Positions 1 to 12,761 of a stretch of DNA of 64,000 bases are shown here, in pieces. The notes below the pieces were generated by a model. The model worked only from the letters and a program-made list of their open reading frames with translations, had not been told where the DNA came from and made no database searches. Source of the stretch: Octopus vulgaris (Eukaryota). Where the stretch lies: positions 41,912,001 to 41,976,000 of the forward strand of contig OX597830.1 of assembly GCA_951406725.2 (NCBI GenBank), written 5' to 3'. Numbering within the stretch: the stretch's first letter is position 1; each line of letters begins with the position of its first letter. The position numbers and the translations under genes were made by a program.

Positions 1-2108
1 GAGAGTAGGAGGAAAGAATTTGTTTCCTATGTGTCCTAGGCATCTTCCCCTTCTTATTCAATATTGTTTCTTTTCTAGCTAACTGGTTGGTACCGGTTAA
101 AGATGGAAACAACTTCAAATATCAAATAATTTGCTGAAACAATTTTAATAAAGCTCAAATCATACGAACTAGCAGCTTCATAAATGTTTTTTTTTTCTTC
201 TCCCTCCTCTTTTGAAAATAGCCAAAAGTTCTAACAAAGAAATCACTGCATTCTTAGAAAGACTCAATGCCTTATTATTGAACATCCACTAATCTGATTT
301 AATTTAATTTTCCTTAAAACAAAATTAAAAAAAAAGTTGTAATCCAACAAATTGAAATTTTTAACAGCATTTTAACAATATGCTTTGCCATGTATTGGTT
401 GGATCTTGTTCTGCTAGAAGAATATGGTAATTAAGGAAAAAAGGAATATAAAGAAAAAAAAAATTAAACAATGATGAAGAAATTTAAATGTCAGTTAAGA
501 AGAAATTACCAGAGATTCAAAGGAATGGAAAATATTGATTTTTTTTTAACATGAAGTTTGGCTGGTGAACTATCCATATATGCAGAATTATATGACAAAA
601 AGAAGCTAAGGCTATCTATAGAAATAAATTTTAAAAATGCTAAAATTTCACTTAAAAAAAAAAAAAGGAATAAAAACCCCCGAGTAATAATAAAATGAAC
701 TATGTGCATAATAAAGCTATCTCAAAAGTATTTTTCGCAGGAGATAGAATTGGTTAAAGAAGAAAGAATAAAAAGATTTTCCTTTTTTTTTTATGTTTAA
801 CTTTTAAAAAATATCTACTTTAATACAGATCTTCAAAATATTGGAGAGTAGCGGTAGGGATGCCCTGGGAGTGAAGCAAAAGTTAATTTTTAATTAAATC
901 ATTAAAATTTGATAATAATTGAAAAAAATTATTCTCTAAGTATATTAATGTTAACAAAACAAAACAAAAAAAAAACAAAATATTTCGGCACAAAAGACAA
1001 AATAAAAGGTTGTGATAGTCATGCATTTCTGGTTATTGATATTAAATTCAGAAATAAGGCAGCAAGCTGGCAGATCACTAGCATGCTGGACAAAAATGCT
1101 TAGAGGCATTTGCCTGTCTTCACATTGAGTTCAAATGCAGCTGAGGCTGATTTTGCCTTTGGAGGTCAATAAAATAAGTACAAATAAGTATCAGTTAAGA
1201 ACTAAGGTGGACGAAATCAACCGGCCCTCTTCCCCCCAATTTTCAGCCCTTGTGCCTATAGCAGAAAGGATATTAAATTAAGATATTAGTTTATTGAATA
1301 TTTACCAAGGCAATTGCCAACACAACATATCAAGTCTATACAAAACCAAATAATTATGATAGCCCCCTCCCCCACCCCTGACTTAATCCTTTCGATACCC
1401 AACCCAGCTGAACCTGCTCTGGCTCTATAATACAAATGTCTTATTTTCATAGGTTTTGAATTAAAATCTTCCACCAAACCTTAGTCACAATTCATGTTCC
1501 TAACACTAACCTAATGATAACTAAGTTACTTTACTAAATTCTTTGTTATATTTAAAAATTAACAGCAATAAGCAGAGAGCATCTCAAAGTAAATACGGTA
1601 ATGAAAAGGTGAGTATGTTTTGAACTGAAGACACAGATTGATGAAGATAAATACAATGAGATAGTTGTTGTTATTGTTGTTGATGTTTAGCTTCAAGTTA
1701 GTCCTGAACAAACAAGCCTGTGATCTGACCCTTTCACATTCAAATTATTCTGCCAAACATAAAGCTTATTTATTCATATTATTTTGAAATAATCATGTAC
1801 TGTCTTGTAGCTTTGAGACTTCAATGATGCTATTGTCTATTTTTAGAATGACATTGTAGGATAGGTGTGAGAAGCTGGATCTGGCCAGTTTGAACATAAA
1901 GCAGGTAGAATATTTGGGCCAGATATGACTGGTTTAAATACTAAATGTTTAAGGCATTCCAGCCATGACCAACACTCTTTTTCCTTGTAAGACAATAGGG
2001 TGTAAATGAGGGAGTGCTGACATTTTTTCTAGCTGGTCAAACAACAGCATAGGGGCCCCACATCCTCCCTCTCTTTCCATATATATATATATCACCTATC
2101 TATCATTT

Positions 2109-2153
<45 letters not shown>

Positions 2154-2798
2154 GTATGTATGTGTGTGTGTATATATATATATATATATACACACACACA
2201 TATATAATCATCATTAGGCAACATTCTCTTTCTTTTTTGAAAGATCAAAATAATGATAAAAAATGAAAAATTTGCAAGCAATTATGCACATCTCTTAAAA
2301 AAAAAGAAGAAAGAAATGAGTAAAACTATCCACAGTAATTTTAGATTAGTTAGTTTATCCTATCTGGAAGCCTTTCCTTTCTTTTATTCCTTTAATTAAT
2401 TAGTAAACTGCTAATTTGTAATCAATTTAAACTACCGCCTGTGTCCAATTAACAAATTGACTTATAAAAATAAATTTCTCAACACAAATTGAGAAAAAAA
2501 AAGTTCTGATTTTTATTATTTATCCTCCTCCTGGGGCAAGATGAGGAAGGGTGGTGGATGATAAAATAATTAGCAATTATGCTGTAAGATATGTATAAGT
2601 CATTGGTCTTTATGTCAACACTTCAAAGACAGCCATAATCAGAAGGGTCCAATAAACCTCATCAAATAAAACCCCATAAAATCTGTGAATTCAGATTCCT
2701 TGTATGTTTAGGAAGTAATGTTGCATGCCAGGAGAGGCTGAAAAATTCATCTTGTGAAGTATGGGCATTTATTAATGGCTTCGGTAATTTTTGGAAGA

Positions 2799-3115
2799 TG
2801 TGGCACGTAAAAAGCACCATCCGAATCGTGGCCGAAGCCAGTGCCGCCTCGACTGGCTTCCGTGCTGGTGGCACGTAAAATGCACCAATCCGACCGTGGC
2901 CGATGCCAGCCTCGCCTGGCACCTGTGCAGGTGGCACGTAAAAAGCACCCACTACACTCACGGAGTGGTTGGCGTTAGGAAGGGCATCCAGCTGTAGAAA
3001 CTTTGCCAGATAAGACCGGAGCCTGGTGCAGCCTTCTGGCTTCCCAGATCCCCGGTCGAACCGTCCAACCCATGCTAGCATGGAGAATGGCCGTTAAACG
3101 ATGATGATGATGATG
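2799..3115 (+). mobile_element. Non-autonomous retroelement with GGTGGCACGTAAAAAGCACC subrepeats and (GAT)n tail (copies at about 15540-15815 -, 17170-17290 +, 32090-32280 -, 33925-34095 +, 54970-55242 +, 58120-58278 -)
   Basis: Recurring GGTTGGCGTTAGGAAGGGCATCCAGCTGTAGAAAC ... CCAACCCATGCCAGCATGG..GTTAAACGATGATG. Confidence 0.8.
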
Positions 3116-4475
3116 ACCACTACTAAATGATCTTGAAAGATTCTTCCGTGCTTCTGTAGAATCAGTGCTATTACACAGGTCCTCCATACACACAATCATT
3201 GACCCTTTAGCATTTAAACTGGCCATATTCAGCCCAAATATTCTCTGATTTATGTTTAAACCTGGTCAGATTTGGCTTCTCACACCAACCTTACAATATC
3301 AGTCTAAAAATACACAATCACATTATCAAAATCTCAAAGCTACAAGATAATATATGACTAATTCAAGACAATGTGAATAAATAAATATTGTATTTGACAA
3401 AGCAATCTGAATGCTAAAGGGTTAAACATCAGGAATAAGTGTTATGTACTGTAAGCAGAGAGAGATTTAGCAAAACGTCACAGAAATGTCTGAAAACATT
3501 GGACTAAGTAAACTGTTTTTAATGGCAGAACTCAAAGTAGATAAAACTTATAAATAATCTTTCATAGAATATTGGGTAACAAAGTAACCTTTTGGATGGC
3601 AGGGGAAAAAAAAAAATCAAAGGCTGCCGAACGCCTGTAAACTGCACAGACATTCTTCCACAGCACCAAAGGAATCCTTTGAATTTCTTCATCCAATTTA
3701 GAAGCTTTGTTCTTACCAACAAGAATCTATTGCTGTTTTTTGTCATAAGCATTTAGAAACTGAGAAACTTGAATCATTTCTTTTCTGGAATGGTGAAACT
3801 TGAAGCAGATAAAGCTATAAATGTGTAAATACAAAGGTAAAAAAAAAAAAACCCCTTTGGATAGAAAAAAATTGAAGGCTGTTTGTGGGACTTGAACCCA
3901 CAGATGTAAACATGACATATGCACATCCATGAGTTTTTCCCTAATCCAATATTCTATATGCTATTATTTATAGCTGTATCTACTTCAAGTGCCACCATTA
4001 AAGATGATTTATTTCATGTCTTTTGAAGATTCTAAATTCTTATGACATAAACACTGGCCAAAGTATTTTCAAAAGCAGAACAAAACTAAATGCCAGTCGT
4101 AAGAGAACTTATGAGTTCTTGAAGTTCGGTATCATAACAATTATAGTTTTTCTAATCAGAGTTAGAATATAACCCTATACCTACCATTACTAATTAGATA
4201 TGTCTATGTTTATAGGATTTAATCAACACTTGGGCTTCGGGGTGGGGTGGGGGGCGGCTTCTGCAGAATCCACACCCAGTTTTGACTAGAGGACAATCTG
4301 TTAATCATAACTTTCTGGTCCCCTTTTACTGTCATCAGTCTTAATGACTTCCGGGGGGGGGGGGAGTCATAGGTATTGCCTTGCCCCTTTCAAGAAAGCC
4401 ATAAGCATCAACAACAAAACCCCCTGGACATTTGTTCTTATTTCATTGGCAGTCCAGTCATCGAATCCCTATGTT

Positions 4476-4523
<48 letters not shown>

Positions 4524-6125
4524 AGGAGGGAGGGGGAGAGATAGAGCAGGAGAGAGAGCACAGAACTGTGTGTGTATGGATGTAAAAGAAGTTTGATTAA
4601 GAAAAGAGAAAAACATGAAAAAGCCTGTGGGAGCTCTTATCAAAAACAATTAAATTAGAAATTTTAATTATTATTTGTAAAATTTGACACACATATAAAC
4701 TTATATTCTATTTTATGAATGTTTTTTAATGATTCTTTTTTTAATTTATTATTATTTATTATTTTTTTTTTGGTTAAAGCATACTATTTCTAATGAAGTA
4801 GTTTACTTTCTGGAACAATGGATATTTTTACACTTAGATGCCTTCCCTAACTGCTAACAAAACTTATCATAAATTAGGAACGAAAGCATTTTCCATTGGT
4901 TAATCAATCAAATTATAGCAGTCAGAGAAGGGTGCCCTGTTTTTTGTGGGGCACAACACCATCACAAACAGTAATAAGATTTACAACTTATTTCCACACC
5001 TCAGAGTCACAGTCAAACACTAAACTCAACTTACTGCGTTCTAAGTGCATACAGTTGAGATTTTGTGCACATGTGTGTGAATGTATTTCATGTCTACAGC
5101 CATGTGGAAGCTGAGCTGGTTCTAACAATACATCCTATGTATCGACAGATGATGTCCAAGAAACTGACAGGCATATTTTTTCCTCTTGTTTGTTTATAAC
5201 AAGGACAATCTCCTCTCTTCATTTCACACAGATTCCAATATTATAATCATTATTATTATTATTATAATAGCAATGAACTGGCAGAATTATTACTGTGCTG
5301 GGCAGAATGCTTGGTGGCATTTCTTCCAGCTCTCTTTATATTCGGAAGACAAAATACCGCTGTGGGTGACTTCGCTTTTGATCCTATCGGGATGGGTGGG
5401 TGCAATAAAATAAGTTCAAGCTGAGCACTGGTGATCGATATAATTGATTTACCCCGCCCTTCAAAATTGATTACCTTGCCCCCAAATTAGAAAGAACTAT
5501 TATTATTATTATTTATTATTATTATTATCATTATTAAGGCAGTAAGCTGGTAGAATCATTAGCATTTTTCTGGCTTTACATTCAGAGTTCAAATTCTACC
5601 AAGATCACCTTGGCTTTTTATAATTTGGGAGCAGGGTGGACAATGAAATAAGCACCAATTGGGCACTGGTTTGATGTAATTGATTAAACTCCACCTCTCA
5701 AAATTTCAAGCCTTGAGTATATATTTGAAAGATTATTATTATTATTATTATTATTATTATAACTTCATTTGGTTAGTAGGCTGATGTTTTTGAACTTATA
5801 AAGTATTATGTTTACTCCCTGTGGACCAAACTTTTTCATAGCTTTAAGCTATAAGTATGATAACAAAATTATGTTTACTCTTATTATTATTACTATTTTT
5901 TTCTTTGCAGCAAGATACATAATGTGATGAGAAAGTCACAAATCCAAATCAACCACCACAAAAAAACAAAACAAAACAAACAAACAATAAAATGGACAAC
6001 AATAAATAAAAAGCAAGAACAAAATCTTCAAAAATACCATAGCAGCAATTAAAAAAGATACATAAAAGAAAGGGAGATGGGGTATAAAGTAAAGAAACCA
6101 AGTTAGAGTCCATGTTAGCAAAGGC

Positions 6126-6197
<72 letters not shown>
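6126..6197. repeat. (AAT)n microsatellite
   Basis: Directly visible. Confidence 0.95.
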
Positions 6198-6203
<6 letters not shown>

Positions 6204-6346
6204 TAATGGTAGCAAGCAAATCTCTACATATAAAACTACAGCCTGTACACTACAATTTATATTAAAAAAATGTACTTTGATAATGTCTATCAGAGTACAC
6301 AGTTTCAAATACATTCGCATTTTGAAATATTCATGCAGCGACTTAC

Positions 6347-6376
6347 TCGTTCCAGGTGATACCAAAACAGATTGGA
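6347..6376 (-). CDS. BAZ2B: Candidate 30-nt microexon (SNLFWYHLER)
   Basis: ctcttacccttccag acceptor, CGA|gtaagt donor, open in phase 0/0 as required after the 8880 exon. Confidence 0.65.
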
Positions 6377-7177
6377 CTGGAAGGGTAAGAGGTTGATAAT
6401 TAACAGAGGTTTTGAATAAACATCAACAGCTAGAAATATATGTAAAGTAAACACAGTTCAAACAATAAACATATTTAAAAGAAAACTACCATTTAAAGGA
6501 ATTTCAAGAGCATGTACAGAGCCATGTTTACTCTGAAAGTTATGGAACCAAGCAAAGAGATGAGCTGAGCAATTTTTAAAATTTATTTTTCAACAACATG
6601 GCTTCAAGAAGATTACAAGAACTTGAATCTTTTGGTACTAACCCACCTGAAGCTGTCATCTCTGGTTCCTGTTTTAAAGCGATCTGAATTTCATGTTAAT
6701 CTATGTTTCAAAACATTAGTGCAAGAACGATAAAGTTGTTTTCCTAAATTACTCATCATTTCAAAAATTAATTGAAATAAAGGAACAGGTGTGGTTCAGT
6801 GGTAAGGAGTTTGCTTCCAAAATACATGGTTTTAGGTTCAGTCCTATGTCAGGCAAGTGTCTTCAACTATAGCCACAGGCTGACCAAAGCCTTGTGAGTT
6901 GACTTGGTAGATGGAAACTGAAAGAAGCCCATTCTGTGAGTGTGTATGTATTTTACTGTCCCCTTGCCTTGATATCATATGATATAGCTGTAAGCGAGTG
7001 TTGTTGTCATACAAGTGGCACCCTTCATTTCCAATCTTCTGAGAAAATGTCTTGTTGTGGGGAAATATTACCTCATTTGGAAACAGGTAAAGGTTGAGAA
7101 CAGGAAAGGTATCTTGATGTAAAAAAAATCCACCTTAACAAATTCCATTTGACCCATGCAAACATGGAAAGGTGGAT

Positions 7178-7582
7178 GTGTCTTGAGGAAATTTTGAACC
7201 TGGGTTCTCATTCTTAAGGTATTTTTCGATATTATTAAGGTCACTGCTTGGAATCGAACTCGGAATCTTGGAGTTAGTAGCCTGTACTCTTAACCACTAA
7301 GCCATATGCCCACAGGTATATGGCGTAGTGGTTAAGAGTGCAGGCTACTAACCCCAAGATTCTGAGTTCAATTCCAAGCAGTGACCTGAATAATAATAAT
7401 AACAACAACATCGAAAAATACTTTAGGAATGAGAACCCAGGTTTGAAATATCCCCAAGACACCTGATGAAGGCTGGAGGGTATATCAGCCGAAACGTTGT
7501 GTTGACAACAAACAAGATGAGGACAAATATCCGTCAAATGTAAATAATGTAGATAATTCCTCATCTCTTAAATATAGAACAG
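7178..7582 (+). mobile_element. Fold-back element: inverted tRNA-like heads followed by a Penelope-type hammerhead tail (family A)
   Basis: 7178-7310 is the reverse complement of 7315-7462; A-box TGGCGTAGTGG and B-box-like GAGTTCAATTCC; related copies at 36229-36423 and about 54781-54872. Confidence 0.8.
7458..7503 (+). ncRNA. Minimal type I hammerhead ribozyme motif
   Basis: Stem I ACAC/GTGT, CTGATGA at 7463-7469, stem II GGCTG/CAGCC, GAAAC at 7491-7495 and GTT cleavage triplet with a palindromic AACGTT stem III. Confidence 0.75.
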
Positions 7583-8879
7583 TACCAAACACATTTCCAA
7601 AGAATATTGGAAATGAATGACATTTACAACAATTACATGATGGCAAGAAAAAGAGACACAAACATATGAAGGGGTTTCTTTCAGTTTCCACCTACCAAAT
7701 CCACTTACAAAGCTTTGATCAGTCAGGAACTATAGCCAAAGACACTTGCCTAAGACACTTGCAGGGGGACAAAACCCAAAACCATGTGGTTGGGAAGCCA
7801 ACTTGTTGGCCACACAGCCATGCTGGCTTCAATAATCATGTAGATAATTTCATAAATTAATCAACAACTTAAAAAAGAATAATAATTAAGCATTTAACGA
7901 GAGTTTATAATGTGTTAGATTCCAGCAGCGATAAAATGCATTTCCTTTGGATCCTATTTATTCAGTTAGTAGCAAAATCTTTGATGATATTGATCCCAAT
8001 CACCATCACCAACCACAGTGGTGCTTAAGTATTATTTTGTATTGAATAAAGAAAGAAAAAGATGTTTAAATTAGTAAAATTGTATTTAATTAGCCTATAT
8101 TGTAATTATGCAAAAATTTTGTTATGACACTTCCTTCTTCCGACATCCACTCACTCCAATCACTTTGTTTCTCTAATTGTACTTTGATCATCTTGCCTTG
8201 AACAAATGGAGACACCTAAGAGAAGAGAGGACTCCTCTTTAAGTCTTGCAGCGTACAAGGCAACCTCACTAGTGCTGGTGTGACAGTAAAACACATCACA
8301 CTGTAATGTGGTTGGTGAATAAGTGGAGACCAAAGAGGATTTTTTTTAGCCTTACTGAGGACACGGCAACCTGTCTAGTGCAGGTGACATGATGAAATGC
8401 ACCCAGAGCACTCCATAGAATGATTGTTGTCGAGAAGGGCAACAACCATGCTGCAAATGGAACATACAAGTGAAACATGGTCCTCCAATCCATTTAGGAG
8501 GGTAGTGTCATCTCCTACTGAGATACCTTGTCCAGCTCATGCCAATATGGAAAGCCAGCACAAACTGATGACAATGATGATGATGATCACTACTGATACA
8601 GAAATTATATTAAGAGCTATTGAAACTCAGACTAATTAGCAATTATGAAATATTTTGTTCCCCATTAAGCTGCTTAATTGCCTTTTTTTTATAGTATAAC
8701 AAGCAGCTAAATAGTATTTTTTAACAATAAGTAATATACAATTTATATGGATTTATCATACATAGAATCGGTACTGATTGCTAGAATTAGTATACAGAAC
8801 AAAGGTTTAAAAAAACCCCCAAAAAAACTTACCAAACATGAACAATATTTCAAAAGAGGAATATGATGCATCGACTTAC

Positions 8880-8995
8880 CTCCAAGACTTGTTGAGCCCG
8901 AATTTCTCGTTCCATTCGCAGTTGTTCTTGACGTTTTAGCTTTTCCTGTTGTTTAACCTGCTTTTCTTGTTCTTTCATTTGTTTCCGTTCAATGG
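8880..8995 (-). CDS. BAZ2B: BAZ2B-like exon, coiled-coil (AIERKQMKEQEKQVKQQEKLKRQEQLRMEREIRAQQVLE)
   Basis: gcatccag acceptor, GAG|gtaagt donor, 116 nt, phase 1/0; resembles BAZ2B IRMEKELRAQQILE. Confidence 0.92.
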
Positions 8996-11430
8996 CTGGA
9001 TGCAAACAAGGACAAAAAGTAAATCTTTAGAAAAGGCAAAAAAAGAAAACTTCCTAAAAACATTTAATTCAAAACAGTCAAAGAGAGAGAGAGGGGGGAG
9101 GCATATGCGAGGGAGGAGTACAAGGCGGAGGAAATAATCAACAACCAGAAACGTTAGATATCAAAAGCTCTGACAGCAATTCTACCCCTTTCCCTATAAT
9201 ACCAGAAGCATCATCCATATTTCATATTACTTTAGGTAGATCACACACTCCAATGTAACACCAAACAAGTGACCATATTGATAAACAGTATCATTATTTC
9301 ACAATTATATTATATAAGATGACAATGGAAAGAAAGATTAAATTTAAAGAAAATAAATATATAAATATGTAAGCAACACAAACAACAATGGATAATTCCA
9401 ACCAAATTATGATGCGACTACAAACAAACAACTGGATATTGAAATTCTTCCAAGTAAGGCGAAGTTAGATGAAATCGTGTCATTCAGAGTTATTTTGTTT
9501 TAAGCATTAGATGTAGTTTAGTTTAATATGGTTCAATTAAGGTTAGCGATTAATTGTCAATGCAAACCTCCAGTCTGTTGTAACATGTGATTATAGTATT
9601 GAAAATGGACTGATGTTTAAAGGGAAATCATTTCCCTCATAAAGCAGGGTTCACACACGTATTATAATAAATTATGTATTGTAATGAATTATGTATTATA
9701 ATTCAAACAGCCCCAGCATTTGTCTTGCAACTGGGTTCATGCTGAGTTTGCTGGGAGACTGACCTACCAATACAACTTGGTGTCAGTCATTGGACTGTGG
9801 CCATGCTGGGGCACCACTTTGAAGGATTTAATCAAAACAAATTGACCCCAGTACTTATTCTTTTAAGTTTGGCACCTATTTTATCAGTCTCTTTTTGGCA
9901 TACCACTAAGTTATAGGGGCATAAAGAAATTAACACCAGGTGTCAAATGGTAGTTCAAGGGACAGGGAGAAATACACATCCATATATCATGGGCTTCAAC
10001 ACAGTGTCCATCAAGCAAGTTTGCTCACAAAGCATTGGTCAGCCTGGGGGTACTTGTAGAAGACACTTGCGGTGGGACTGAACTTGCAGCAACATGATAG
10101 CAAAGTGAGCTTCTTAACCACACTGTCATGCTTGAGTAACAATGATATGATGAGTGGATGGTTCTGAGGCTTGAATGGCTACAACATTCAGCAAAACTAA
10201 CAGATCAGGCTTCTTCCTCATCATCATCATAAGCATCATCAGTGACACCATAAACTGCAGAGTGTCAAAGCATCATCACATTCTGTATATGGATGGTGAG
10301 TTTATAACATGTCCTTAACTAAATGAAACAAACAAGGAGTTGGGTGACGCGAGTGGGCCCAAGAAGACACTAAAATAAACTCAAGACTGCAACAGTCCAG
10401 TTCTTAGCTGGATTAAGTAACACACCATGTTAACTATGAAGAAACAAATGTCTGACATGATGTGGCACCATCTTGATGGAGCCTCTGTGTGATCATTCGG
10501 CTCGCTAGAAACAGCAGTTAAATCTCCCTAAAATGATGTGTTACTATCTTGCATAAAGAAAGGGGGAATACATTGGTTAATGCCATTCTAAATAGAATGT
10601 GGTGGTGGCATTAAAGTTCATAATAATGGTTTCAAGTTTTAGCAAAAGACCAGTAAGCTCAGGGGTGGGGGTAAGTTGATTAGATCGACCCGAGACCTCA
10701 ACTGGTTCTTATTTTATCGATTCTGAAAGGATGAAAGGCAAAGTCGACCACAGCAGAATTTGAACTCAGTAATAAAGACGAATGGAATGTTGCTAAGCAT
10801 TTAGCCTGGTACCATAACAACTCTGCCAGCTTCCTGCCTCCATTAAAGCTCATAACAATGTTAAGTAAAACAATATTAAATAGATCCCATCATCGTGTTT
10901 GACATTTTCTTTTTGATACTCAACTGAAGTTAGTCGAACATTATAACTAACATTAAGCTATTTCAAGTTAGTTGCAGCTTAACTACGCTTTTATCTGCAT
11001 TTCCAAAGGGTTAAAATCAATATGAAAAGGTTTTAGCATTGATTTTACAATCTATTTTTGTAATAATTTCAATGAAATATTAAGAGTAGGATTAGGAAAA
11101 GCTGGAGTAAAATTTCTGTAAATAACACTCAGAAGCAAAAAAAGCTGCCTAAAAACAGACAATTCCATTGATCACCTGAATTAGTTTTTACTAATCATGC
11201 ATAAAAAAAAACAAAAAATCCCGAAGAGAAATGCTTAGGCTGAAATATAGCTAGTACAAGCATTAGTAATGTTCAAATGACACAACTAGAAAAGAACCAC
11301 TTCTAGAGATTAAAGCAGAATTTCACTCATCTCCTCTGTCCGTCCTCAGCTCCCAGTTTCAAGTAATTTGGATTGAAGCTGTGGTGCTGAAACTAAGCTT
11401 TTCTTTATGGCCAGAAAGAAAGCAAAAACT

Positions 11431-11910
11431 TACCATAGTTGATGGTATATAAGATACAATTTTTTTTTTGTCCCTCTTGATAAATGTTTATAAAAGAAAG
11501 AAAACAAAAATCAGCTGAAGCCATTTATGAGAAGTTGGGCCTCACATAAGCTTTAATGTATTAAAACCTCTTTTCCTGAATATGCCCTGCTGAAATTGGG
11601 TTGCATCTAATATGCCATAGCTTTGTAGGGACTGGCATGCCAAAGAATAGATTCAGCATTTCTTCTGCGTGTCGTAAAAAGCGACTAAAACAGATTGAGG
11701 TAGGATTTTCACTTTGACCTCGTAAAACTTATCAGCAACAACTACCCCAAATGAACCCATGAGTTGGAGGGTTGTCACCTGAGGGGTGCAAAGGGAACGG
11801 TAGGGAATCCCCAACAAACTGTGGATGCAGTGATGTGCAGTACAGTGTATGCTTCTCTACCTGACCTGACCTAATATACCCGTGCATCTTTTATGCCATC
11901 AAATATGGTA
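11431..11910. mobile_element. pogo/Tc1-mariner-type MITE with an internal insertion
   Basis: Imperfect TIRs TACCATAGTTGATGGTATATAAGATAC / GCATCTTTTATGCCATCAAATATGGTA. Confidence 0.6.
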
Positions 11911-12212
11911 ATATGTAGACATTTTGGTAAAATTCCAATTTAACTTAGAAACAGAGAGTGAGGAGAGTGAGTTTATCTTGATTAGAATTTCCAGAATTCT
12001 ATTTATAGCTTTTCAGTGATGTTCATTGTTAAAAAATCATTCCGCCACATTGATTCTTTCACTCCTACACAGCAGTTATACATTGGTTTTGGAACAGAAC
12101 AAAGACATGATGTCAAGGCAAGCAAACAAGAATTAAGGCAAAAGAAAAAAAATCAAAAAAACTGTTCAACAAACGAAGACCAAAAAGCAAATGCATAAAT
12201 GGTTAAACTAAC

Positions 12213-12251
12213 CTATATGCTGTTCCCAGCGTACTTGTTTGTACGCGTTTT
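12213..12251 (-). CDS. BAZ2B: Candidate 39-nt microexon (ENAYKQVRWEQHI)
   Basis: tttcattatag acceptor, G|gttagt donor, open in the required phase 1/1. Confidence 0.55.
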   Translation of the reverse strand, partial: KTRTNKYAGNSI

Positions 12252-12655
12252 CTATAATGAAACAACAATAGAAATGGTCAAGATTGCGTCCAGCAATAAT
12301 TGGTAGAATTCAGAAGAGAGAGAGAGGAAAAAAAAAAAAAAAAAAAAAAAAATTGTTGCAACAACTTTAAATTCATCTTTGGTAAATATTTTCTTGAATC
12401 TGAAATATTTCATATCCTCTTCAACCATTCCAATATAAAATTATATTTATATACAATATTTGATTTATAGCTGTAATAATTACAATTTACAACATAATGA
12501 CAAACAATTGATATTATTTCACATGCACACACACGTTTCTGTCTCACAGGCAGCTTTTGATTTTTTGTATCAAAAATCATTTTTAACCAGAATATTTTAC
12601 ACGCTACAATTTATAGCTTCATCTGCTTCAAGTTTAACTGTTAAAAACAAATTAG

Positions 12656-12699
<44 letters not shown>

Positions 12700-12721
12700 T
12701 CGTCCGTCTCTCCATCCATCC

Positions 12722-12761
<40 letters not shown>

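Noticed and set aside
3716-3784. Exon-like segment with ccattccag acceptor and TTG|gtaaga donor
   Set aside because: Stops in all three frames and no BAZ2 similarity
7315-7385. tRNA-like sequences here and at 16782, 24298, 51212 and 62169 as tRNA genes
   Set aside because: No proper acceptor stem or terminator; each continues into a repeated SINE body
11320-11390. Candidate exon after gtttcag on the minus strand
   Set aside because: Stop in the required phase and no good donor
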